A stretch of 64,000 bases of DNA from Macrostomum lignano. Lineage: Eukaryota. Position numbers and translations under genes: made by a program. The DNA lies in the NCBI GenBank assembly GCA_002269645.1, contig NIVC01003646.1, forward strand, positions 1-64,000. Direction: 5' to 3'. Of the stretch, positions 12,908 through 24,900 are shown one piece after another; position 1 is the stretch's first letter, and each line of letters opens with the position of its first letter. The notes beneath the pieces were generated by a model. That model searched no databases. It had not been told where the DNA came from and worked only from the letters and a program-made list of their open reading frames with translations.

Positions 12908-15252
12908 ATGTCCGCTGGACGAAACTACGGCATTGGCAGCCGCTATGGCAGTGGAAGCGCCGGCTACTCCAGTGGCGCAGCACCGTTGCCAAGTTTTGGC
13001 GTTAGCTACCTAAAGCCGAAGCCGGTGGTGCCGTCCGTAGCTTCTGTTCCGTCGGTACCGCCCGTTGGTCGCAGCACTTCGGACTACAGCGTCACATCGG
13101 GACACAGCTCCTTGGCTCGTAGTGCTTCGCGGGATCTTTCGCCCAATCCTTACACAGGAGCTGCTGCAGCGGCATCTCGAGCCTACGACGCCTATACGGG
13201 CCCGTACTCTAGCTACTCCAGTCGTCGCATTTCATCCAGCGGGGCCAACTACGGCACTGGCGGTGCCGGTTACACAGACTTTGACACGTCACGTAGCGAC
13301 TTCTCATCATTGTCATCGAACATTGGCCCGTCGGTGTCGGAACGAGCTTACGGTGGCAGTTCCTCTAACATACGCGGGAGCCTTGCCTCATCCTCCCGTT
13401 ACGAGACGCCTTCCTATTCCCGGAGTCGTCTACCTTCGGGTGCTGAGGATTCTGGTGGCGGCAAAGCCGGTGGTGCTTCCAGTCGTCAGGCGAAGGGCTC
13501 AATAGATCATCGAGACAGCGTCGAAACTATTCGTAAAATGTCGGACACCAATAGTGATGAGAAAACTTTAGAGCCGCCGCCGTCGGAGTTTGTTGACGTT
13601 ACGAGTCGTGGAACTTGCATGACACCTACTAACATTAGCGATCTCGAAAAGCGCCGCTTTCGGCGTCTAAATAGTGCCGAAAATGATAGGGGAATTGCGC
13701 GGTCTATAACTAAGCAACAGCCAAGACACCAGACAAGTACGGAAAAGAACAAGGGAGGACACAAGACGGATATAACGCTGAGGGATGTCGCTATAGCCAC
13801 TGGTAACGACGCTGCTTTTTTGGCTTCGGAGGAGTACCGTCCTCTCACTGCCTCTGCCGGTCAAAAACGAAGCGCTCGTGGCGGGGGTGGAAGCTTGCAA
13901 GAGTCCCCAACACCGTCACCAAGAGCGAAACGGGCTTTCGAACTCGGTTCTGGCGGCAGCACTGGCGAAGGAGGTCCCACCTACTCGCCGTACGTAGCGG
14001 GTCGACAGAGCGGCTACTCCAGTGGTCCCAGCTGGCGCGAGAAGGTCTACGGCTACGATGAGAAGCGTCGACAACAGAGAGAGCGTGAAGAGGCGGAGGC
14101 AAAAGAGCGCGAGCGCCTGGAAGCCAAACAGCGCAAGGAGCGGGAGAAGGAGCTGCGACGTCAGCGAGAGATGGAAAAGGAGGCTGAGCGGGCGCGGAAA
14201 GCCCAGGAATGGGAGGAGCAGCTGGCAAACAAGCGGTAAGGAAATTTTTAGCTTGTTGTTCAATTTTGTATTAGCTTTTAGAAGCTATAATTATACTCTC
14301 TGAATTGATCCTTTCCAGACGAAACATAGCAATGTGTGTTGAGCAGCCAATCAAGCCTACAATATCCCAGAAGCCAGAGTCCGCTAACAATCAGCAGCAG
14401 CAAGGTCCTTTAGAGAACTCCATCGAAAAGGTGCGCATGTGGAAACGGCATATGAGTAAGCTGCCACCGGAAGAGATTCTGTCACCGCTGGATGGAGAGC
14501 CGACGCTGTCGCGGCAGCACTCGCGATCTACTCGCAAGTCTTCGAGTCAGCAGCAGGATGAAGTGTTTGACTCGCCGCAGCCTTCGCCTCGGGACAAGAC
14601 CCAGCCCCAGCCGGCCACTAGCAGGCTGCTTCAGAAGCAACATGCCGTGGTAGAGGAGCCATCAGCGCCTGATGATACGGAAGATGACGAAGATAGATAC
14701 TTTCAGCGAAGGACACGCGACAAGTTCGACAGGAACGAACGACCTGGACATTCTGATGAATATGGTGCCAGGAAACTAAGCCAGAGCAAAAAGCCGCCGG
14801 CATATCCTGCAAAACCGGCAGCACCACCGGATCCGTCCAGTTTTCACAGTCGTATCATGGATATTGACGAGCTTTTGGTACTGCGCATGCCAAAGAAGCA
14901 CTCTGCAAAGGAGGCGATGAAGATTTTGCAGAAGCAAGGCTCTTTACTTTACGACGACTATTTTACTGGAGAGAGTGAAGACGAATCCAGTTGTGGGTCC
15001 GCCGCTGAAGAGCAGCCGCAAACGTTGATGTTTAAAAGTAGAAAAGCCAGAGAATATTTTGAGACTCTGCCGATACAGATTCAACACACAATTGTCCGGC
15101 ATTCCAAAAAACGCATTAAATTTTCTGACATACTGCTCGTCTGCAGCAATGGAAAGGAAAGTCGGCGGTATACGAAGGCCGATATGCGAAAATTCAAGGG
15201 CTACTCATCCCTTGATGAAATGCTAGACGATCTTGGGACGGACTATAAAAAG
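12908..15252 (+). CDS. Two large coding exons (12908-14235, 14319-15252; 754 codons), probably an alternative long N-terminus of the FHOD formin
   Basis: The intron 14236-14318 joins in phase 2 (CG|A). The phase-0 donor AAG|GTAATC at 15253 matches the phase-0 acceptor at 19919 (DLGTDYKK|LEDCTLQL). The product is a Ser/Gly/Tyr-rich low-complexity region plus an E/R/K-rich helix. Confidence 0.7.
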
Positions 15253-15976
15253 GTAATCGATTTTTTTATAGTCTGCCTTTTCTCTCCATCAAAAATGTAT
15301 AATTTTACAGTACTACATATGACATGATCAAGTAGACATCTTTAATACTGAAAATGCCTGTGCAAAAACAACAATGGGAAAATGCTATAATTTTATAGAA
15401 TAAATTAAGAAATATTTTCTCTTCCTTAGAAAGGTAAATCAAAATGAAAGCACTTCGCAAAAATATTTGCACTATAGTTTGGCGAATCCGAACTCTAGGA
15501 ACCGCCGATAAAGAAGTATTATTAAGATTGACAAAAATTAGAGCTAGTTTAACAAATTTTAATTTTATATGCTCATTAATACTAGAAGAATCACTCTGAA
15601 AAAAGTCGCTTGATTTTTCGATCCAGACTAAAATTTTGTTGTAACTACCACAACTGTAGACGCTTTGTAAGAAACATAACTTTTAACTTGTAAAATTTAA
15701 GCAGATTTCAAGTTTTGCAACATATTATTCAAATATCGGCGTTATCGTCATAGGGTTCCCCTAGCTGGAGAGCCAGGGCATTGTAATAAATTTATTTTTA
15801 AGTGGCTTAGTAAAGATTGTTTATTAAAAGTGTTTATTTGTCTTTCGCGACCAAATTTTCAGTTTGCTTTTGGCAGACAATTCCATAATACGTTCCATTT
15901 TAAAATGTGATAAACTGTCTTACATAAAACTTAAAACTACTAATATTTAATTCTTTTTTGTTTTGCCTTCTTTACA

Positions 15977-18900
15977 ATGGCAGTTTCGGAAGATTCCCTT
16001 ACATTCCTTGCTCAATATTTAGATGACAGCGATCCATTCGCATTCAACAATAGCTTTGAACCAAAAGTTGGTAAACCATACATATTTTCTTTGTATAGTC
16101 CTCTTTCGCAGCTCTTACATGAGCTTTATCATCTGTTGAACTGCCCACTGCAGGTAAATAAAATACTTTAATTGTTTCACAGGTTACTTTTGTTTCAAAA
16201 TAACTTTGGAGCTGAAGTATTTTTTATACTACTAATAATAAAAAAATAAAAAGATTATAGAAAAAAAACTTTGCACATGTCCTTGGGTTTGTGGGTTTCA
16301 TGGAGTAAACAATTATAATTAAAAATTATATTTATATTTTTATTACTTTCTACCTTTTGGCTTTGGTAGGCCTATATAAATACTATGCCTAATTATTATA
16401 GATGCAAGGATATCAGGGTTTTTTTTTTGTGCGCAGAGTGTGCGTATGCACCCTAAATTTTAAAATCGCACCCTGAAATTAAAAAAGTAGGTGCGGTTTA
16501 GGTGCGGTCTTATAACCATTTTTCTTTAAAGGCTTAACCATGCTTAAGCTATTTTTTATGCACTGCCTTAAAATATGAAACAAAATAACTCTTTAAATCC
16601 TATTAAGTCATATAGGCGATATAGCCTATAGCTATAGCCTTATGTAAGATATTAAAATATACATTCCCAGTTGTCTGAAATGTGAGCAATGTGAGGGTTT
16701 CACGAGAGATATTCAGACAAAGGCTCCCTAAAACACGCCCCGCACCGGGCCCCGAACTGCTACACATTATAACATTTTTTGTCAATGCAGTATTTGATTG
16801 CAAGGAAAAGTTAAAATAGTAATGGAATAAATATCTTTATTTATTTTTTTAAATATTATTATTTTTTATATTCTCGTTTTCATTATTAAATTATAATATT
16901 ATTATTTTATTAATATTATTATTAATATGACTTATTGTTCACCGAATTTTATATTTCAAAGTAAAAAAAACTAAATTTAATAAAAACTTGAAGCTTAACA
17001 GAAAATGCATTCTGAAGTGTCTTTAGTTATAGTCCAATTTGTTTTAATGTGTAGCGCTGCAGGGCGGTGCGGGGCGTGTTTTAGGGAGACCCATTCAGAC
17101 AGACATTCAAAATGATTGTCTGTAACTTCAGACAAAATTGACCCGCTTCAACCATCTTTTTGGCAAATACTTACGCAAGTGTTGGGTGTCGAATAAGCTT
17201 TAATTTATTAACTGAAGTAAAAATCCTTCTGACATACATTGATTTAAAAATTGCTTAGCAACACTAGCTCTGATTAGAAATCGCTTTACTGTTGACTAAA
17301 ATTGTTTTGATCGTAGCAGCCTAAAAGCAGATACTGGATTTAAAAATGCTTCGATTTACTCTATACGCATGTCTCAGCTTTAAAATGACACCTCAGGCGT
17401 CGCAAAAGACAGCTTTGATGCTGAGATATTCAACACTAAACATGCATTGCTTTGCGCAATCTCACATTCAGAAATTTCACTGATTTTTTGTCGATATTTG
17501 TGCAGTTGCCATGTCCTTGTTTTTCATCAGAATCTTGTCAAATTCTAGTCATGTCTATACGCATGTCTCAGCTTTAAAATGACACCTCAGGCATTGCAAA
17601 AGACAGCTTTGATGCTGAGATATTCGACACTAAACATTGCTTTGCTCAAACTCACATTCGGAAACTTCACTGATTTTTATTCAATATTTGTTCAGATGCT
17701 TGTCTACTTCTCCATTTATTAACCATCGCATGGAGCCTTGCTAACGTACAAGTGTATGTAGTTACAGTAAATGGGGTTTTTGTGACTCACTTAAACTTGT
17801 TTACGCATTCTACAGCTATTCGCTGCCTTTCATTGGAGTGATTCATGGAGTCCAGTTGATAAATTTCCACAAATTGGACTGCTTCTACGTCAGATCTCAA
17901 CATTTGGAACCGTCCTTGAACTATTTCAGAGTTAAGTGAGCTAATGGCATCAAATGGAAGGCTAGTGCTCGTACTTGTAAGCAAAGCAGGTTCACAATTG
18001 AAATGGTTGTATTCATGGCCATGGGATCTAAACTGATCTGTTTTACTTTCACGATCGCTTTGGTCTCAGAAGGAGCAGCAGTTGATGGACTGAGGTGAGA
18101 AGATGTGTCACGACTTGAGCTGTTTTTAGAAAATATCTTTATCCAATTAAATATTTTCATGTGGCTCCTTAGGTTGTTCCGAATTCCGAGTCTAGAAGTC
18201 AAGACAGAAAAAAAGTTAAGAACTGCTACTGTAGTCCGTAGGGATTGGAAAGCTTAGCAGTACATTAGAAATCACCTGTTCAATCTAAAAAGTTTGAAGT
18301 ACATATAGCTATTGGGTTGCAACAACAGTAGAAAAAAATCTTCCTTTTTATTTTATTCCCACCGCTTACCTCATTCCGATTTGGATAGCAGAATTGCCAC
18401 GCAAAAAAAGTAAAAACATAACAATAAACTATTTGCTTCATATTAATTGCCACTGACTGTTAATAAACGCGACGTCAATTTCTCTCAAAAACAGTTGGAA
18501 CATGTTTCTTGTACACTCGTATATTTATTTGAACCGCAAAGTGGTGAAAAAGTCATGATTGGTTGCCATATGTACAAATGTACACTCACAGACTCACTGA
18601 CTCAGGTACAATCTATGCAATATAAAGGCAGGAATCATTAAAAATCAAATACTTAAGACAGTTTAAGAGAAGTCCAGGTTTAAACTGGACATGACTAGAA
18701 TTTGACAAGTTTCTAATGAAAAACAAGGACACGGCAGCTGCACAAATATCAACAAAAAATCAGTGAAATTTCTGAATGTGAGATTGCGCAAAGCAATGCA
18801 TGTTTAGTGTCGAATATCTCAGCATCAAAGCTGTCTTTTGCGACGCCTGAGGTGTCATTTTAAAGCTGAGACATGCGTATAGAGTAAATCGAAGCATTTT

Positions 18901-20703
18901 TAAATCCAGTATCTGCTTTTAGGCTGCTACGATCAAAACAATTTTAGTCAACAGTAAAGCGATTTCTAATCAGAGCTAGTGTTGCTAAGCAATTTTTAAA
19001 TCAATGTATGTCAGAAGGATTTTTACTTCAGTTAATAAATTAAAGCTTATTCGACTCGACGCCCAACACTTGCGTAAGTATTTGCCAAAAAGATGGTTGA
19101 AGCGGGTCAATTTTGTTTAAAGTTACAGACGATCGTTTCGAATGTCTGTCTGAATATCTCTCATGAAACCCTCACATTCTAAACAAGACTCAAGAGAAAT
19201 TGCACTCTGAGCCTTAAAATTGCACCTTGAAATTTGGCACAAGGTGCGATTTCGCACCTTATCTCTGGCGAAAAAAAAAACCCAGAAGGATATCATTCTT
19301 AGTAGTTAATAAGATTTGATAAAATATATAATATTATATGGACAAGACAAGATTTGTCCAAGACAAAATAAGATTTTCTATTCTAGCTAATGCCTATATA
19401 CTAGCATAATCTATTAGGCCTATTAATATTAGTATTTAATGACAAGTATGCCTATAAGCTATATATATATATCTATATATAATAAAATTGATTCTATATT
19501 ATATATAACACAATATTACTTAAGATTTAATATCTAATTTAGCAACTTTTTAACATATGCTAATGCAGCAAGTTATTTATTATATTAGTTGATAGTTTGC
19601 TACCAGTTTGTTTACTATTCTTGTCTATACAATTATGCTACAATTATTTTGTTTTTTATAGGCAATTTTTGCTTTGATAAAACAAAAAAAAATTTTTATT
19701 TAAACTTTTTGACCAATAGAATATTAACTATACATACTATCCTATCCCAACTAAGGCCAAAATTCAAGATTAGAATTAAAATCTGATTGGTCAAATATCT
19801 AATAAATAAGAGTTATTCATTCTAATTTTGTTAATTTTTTACATACCCAAAGTGTCTTTTTGCCTCTTATTTGATAGTATAAGTTTTTATAGTTCTAATT
19901 TTTTATTTTAATTTTTAGTTAGAAGACTGCACACTGCAGCTGCTGAAGTTTAATGGGTCACAGGGTGACTATGGACCATATCTAGACCTGGAGCTCAGCA
20001 TTGAAGAGCAGTGGTACAATTTTGACTCATTTGGTCAAGAGTAAGTTCTTCATAAATATCCTCATATACCAATTATTATTAGTTTCAATTTAAAAAAATT
20101 GACTTTATATTGCAGCAAGCGAGATGCACTAATCATTCGGACACAACTGAGCATTCGAGTCAGGGCTATTGTTGGTACATATTTCTTATATATTGTACTG
20201 TGTTACCTACTACTAAATTGTAAATATTGTAATTTCTTATACAAAAAAACTATTCAATTCAATCTGCAGAGAAACTTCTTAGCTCGTCAGGCGTCGAGTT
20301 GAGTCGAATTCTCAGCTCGTTAAAACAAATCTTTCAGGATGACAAAGACTTGGTGCATGAATTCGTTGAAAGCGGCGGGTTGGATGCCATCGTGACCATT
20401 GGGCATCAGTGCGAGGAGGCCAACCATTATCATATTCTGCGGGGTGAGAAAGCTTCACTCATCATTTATTGCACTTCGCTTTCAGATCCTTCCTATGCTT
20501 AACATTACCTGATTATATTGCAGCTCTGGGCCAAATCATGCTTTACATTGACGGCATGACAGGCATCGGGAAGCATAAGGCTACTGTCGAGTGGCTCTAT
20601 TCGTTGTTGTCGTCTAAGGTTTGTTTGCCAACTAAGTTGGCGCAGGTTACTGAAATTAGATACAGACAGACAGACAGACAGACATACAGACAGACAGGCA
20701 GGC

Positions 20704-20744
<41 letters not shown>

Positions 20745-20759
20745 CCAAGACAGACAGGC

Positions 20760-20796
<37 letters not shown>

Positions 20797-20815
20797 CCAA
20801 GACAGACAGACAGGC

Positions 20816-20850
<35 letters not shown>

Positions 20851-21359
20851 TAGACAGACAGACAGACAGATAGACAGACACCAAGACAGACAGATAGACA
20901 GACACCAAGACAGACAGACAGACAGACAGACACCAAGACAGACAGACAGACAGACAGACAGATAGACAGACACCAAGACAGACAGACAGACAGACAGAAA
21001 GACAGACAGACAGACAGATCTATCATAAATTGTTGTTTCTACCGATGCAGCATCGAAACTCTGTGGTGAAGAACGCCGCCAAACTGCTGGTGATCTTTGT
21101 TGAATACGCGCCTGGCAATGGCGAGCTGTTCATGAAGGCCGTGTCCGCCGTCTCCATCCGGGAGCGGCAGCCCCAGTGGAGTCACGTGATGTCTCTGCTC
21201 AAGGACACCAGCCTGACGGAGGAGATCTACTATGTGCTGGCGTTGAAGCTGGTCAATTCTTGCTTGGCCTACCTGCCGGACCAGGAGGCTTACTATGATC
21301 TGGTGGATATTCTGGAAGAGCAGGGCATGATGCAGGTGAGCCTGCCTATCTACAGTATC

Positions 21360-21408
<49 letters not shown>

Positions 21409-21421
21409 CCTATCTATCTAG

Positions 21422-21496
<75 letters not shown>

Positions 21497-21501
21497 GCTA
21501 C

Positions 21502-21556
<55 letters not shown>

Positions 21557-21557
21557 C

Positions 21558-21600
<43 letters not shown>

Positions 21601-21605
21601 GCTAC

Positions 21606-21672
<67 letters not shown>

Positions 21673-21677
21673 GCTAC

Positions 21678-21736
<59 letters not shown>

Positions 21737-21770
21737 GCTACCTATCTATCTATCTACCTATCTATCTATC

Positions 21771-21844
<74 letters not shown>

Positions 21845-21862
21845 GCTACCTATCTATCTATC

Positions 21863-21935
<73 letters not shown>

Positions 21936-21936
21936 C

Positions 21937-21971
<35 letters not shown>

Positions 21972-24900
21972 GCTACCTATCTATCTATCATCTATCTATC
22001 TATCTATCTACCTATCTATCTATCTATCTCCCCCACTATCAGGCGCTGCTGACACTGCAGCCACGGGCCAAGCAGTGCGAGGAGCTGCAGCAGCAGATCG
22101 ATCTGTACGAGACCACTCTGAAACTGGAGGACGGTGAGATCACGCCAAGCGAACTGTCCCCGTCGTCCAATTTGCTTCCAACCCTGCGCCGGAACAAGCG
22201 CGGCGCTGCTGGGTCCGCTGGCACCGGTGATAAGCGGCAGTCCCGGCGCCGATCGGTGCACGACGTTGCCATGACAACCAATGCGGCGGCGGCAACAGCG
22301 GCGGCTGCAAATTCCAAGTCGAAGGTGCCAGAGACTGCCGGCTCACCATTGGTGACGGACAAGCGGGCGAGGTCTGGCGGCGAGGCAGCCACCACCGCCG
22401 CGGCCCCTGGCGGCGCTTCCACGGCCCTCAGCGCTACTAAGAAAGGTTAGGGTTTAGTACTGACATCATTTCAATTGTTAGCTTATTAGTAAGAGTACTT
22501 GTTTTGAAAAATCTATAGTCTCCCCATAGTTCCTTACTACATTAATAAAGACTCGTAATCCTCAATTCTAGAGTCTTAAATCACCCCATTTAGAGAGTCC
22601 CGATCCTCACGTCTAGAGAGTCCAGCACCCCACATCTAGAGAGTCCCGATCCCCACATTCAGATAGTCCCGATCCCACATCTAGAGAGTCCCGATCCCCA
22701 CATTCAGATAGTCCCGATCCCACATCTAGAGAGTCCCGATCCCCACATTCAGATAGTCCCGATCCCAAATCTAGAGAGTCCCGATCCCCACGTCTAGAGA
22801 GTCCCGATTCCCACATCTAGAGAGTCCCGATTCCCATATCTAGAGAGTCCCGATCCCACATCTAGAGAGTCCCGATCCCCACGTCTAGAGAGTCCCGATC
22901 CCCACATTCAGATAGTCCCGATCCCACATCTAGAGAGTCCCGATCCCCACGTCTAGAGAGTCCCGATTCCCACATCTAGAGAGTCCCGATCCCCACATTC
23001 AGATAGTCCCGATCCCACATCTAGAGAGTCCCGATCCCCACATTCAGATAGTCCCTATCCCACATCTAGAGAGTCCCGATCCCCACGTCTAGAGAGTCCC
23101 GATTCCCACATCTAGAGAGTCCCGATTCCCACATCTAGAGAGTCCTGATCCCGATCTCGAGACTCATCTAGTGGTTAATCAGCAGTGAAAGTACTTTATT
23201 GCACTTGAAAAACTGCTATGCATGTTGTTTTACCATTTTAGTTGTAAGTTTTGATGCATGACAGATTGGTATGTACAAACAGATATGCATTTGCTTCTAT
23301 CAGCTTGCTATAAGTTTGCTATTTGTTATGACTGATTTCCAGTCGGCATCATCTGCAGGCAGTCGTCTAAATTGAAAGAGCGAAATTTTTGTAAGGTCAC
23401 GTTAGAGTTTTTGTTAATAAGCGGTAAATTTCGATATTAGTAGCGAAAATAAGCGCTTTAATTCGGATCTGATTTGTATTTTTCAGTAAGCAGGTTTATC
23501 AATAATTATATATGACAATTTAATGCAAAACACGATAATTGCAACTGACTACTTTACATTCGCTTTAAGTAGTATAAATAGGATTATTTGACTAATGGAT
23601 TTATGCAATGTTATTTGAAAATTTGGGGTTGTAGCCCAGTTGTTAGAGCGTCGGACTCACGACTGAAAGGTCGGGGGTTCGATTCTCGACCCACTCGGAA
23701 CTATTTGTGTCATTGAGCAAGAGACTTAAGTCTGCATTGCTTTAGTTAACGCAGCTGTAAAATTGGAGAACGGCCAGTATTAGCTGGGGTAATTGAGGGT
23801 GTTGTGTGGCGATCCCTCAGTCCTTGAACTGAGTGCCGTACGCAGCCTTCTGCCTTCAGCTTATTAGGACAGGTGTAATCAATTAATAATATTGTTGAGG
23901 ATTTTGAAAACAGTTTGCCTTTCTGTCTGCGAATGCATTAGCATGGATTGAACATAGCATGTTTATTTTTTTAATCTTTGCCGTGTCAATTACTTGTTTG
24001 CTATTTAAACATCACCAAACCAGTGTCAGTTAACGAAGTCAAGCGTCGGAATCGGGCACCAGTTCAGAGTTCAACTGGCGGCAGCGGAGGCGGCCAGATC
24101 ATGACACCGCAGGCTAGGAAAGCTCGTAATAAAACTTTACAAGAAGAGCTCATGGCTCACCTGGAGCAGCAGAGATTGCTTCAGCAACAACAGCAAAGTG
24201 GTTATTCTGCAAGCGCTGGAAGCAGATTGTTCCCGCCGCAGCAACAGCCGCAGCAGCCAAGTAGCAGTACTCCGATAGCTTCGAGTCCTATTAACCATCA
24301 GCAGGTGTCACCTTCAAGACGTCTTCAGGGCGTATCCAGAACTCCATCCTATCGCGCTGCCGTAGTCGGTTCCGCTAACGAATCAGCTGGCCTGTCTGGC
24401 AACTCTTCGATATCGAAATCGATTTCCGTGCCAGCTGGTCTGGTCGAAGAGACCGAAGCTGAAGCTGCTGAGCTTTCCGAACAAAAAGAAGAAGACGATG
24501 GAAAATTCGATCGCCTAATGAGTAGTTTCTATGCTAGCCAGCACGATTTGACTGAGCCAGCTGATAGTAACAAAGACTCCGAGGCAGAGGAGCAAGACAA
24601 GGATAAGGATGTTTCGTCACTTCAACGAATCTCGTCAGCGCCGCAGCTGGTCGAACCAGACGAAGAGGGCGGCGCTGGCGGCGCAGTCGAGCCCGATCCG
24701 GACTATGATAGAATGCTCAGTCGATTCTACAGCTGCTTGGAAGACGACGGAGAAGCCGCCGAAGGCGGAGAGGACGAAAAGAAAGAGAATCGTGGTCGGG
24801 ACTCTGACTCCAACGCAAAAGTGACGTGTTGCAGTCTGGACATAGAGAATGACAATGGCGGCAACTTAGACGAGTTGATGTCTCGTTTCTATCGTCGACA

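Noticed and set aside
20469-21497. RQTD / VCLS / IYLS ORFs
   Set aside because: Read-through into GACA and TATC microsatellites.
23625-23700. Possible tRNA gene (CAC anticodon-like)
   Set aside because: The anticodon and acceptor stems pair poorly and a SINE body follows. The tRNA-like head at 62109 was rejected for the same reason.
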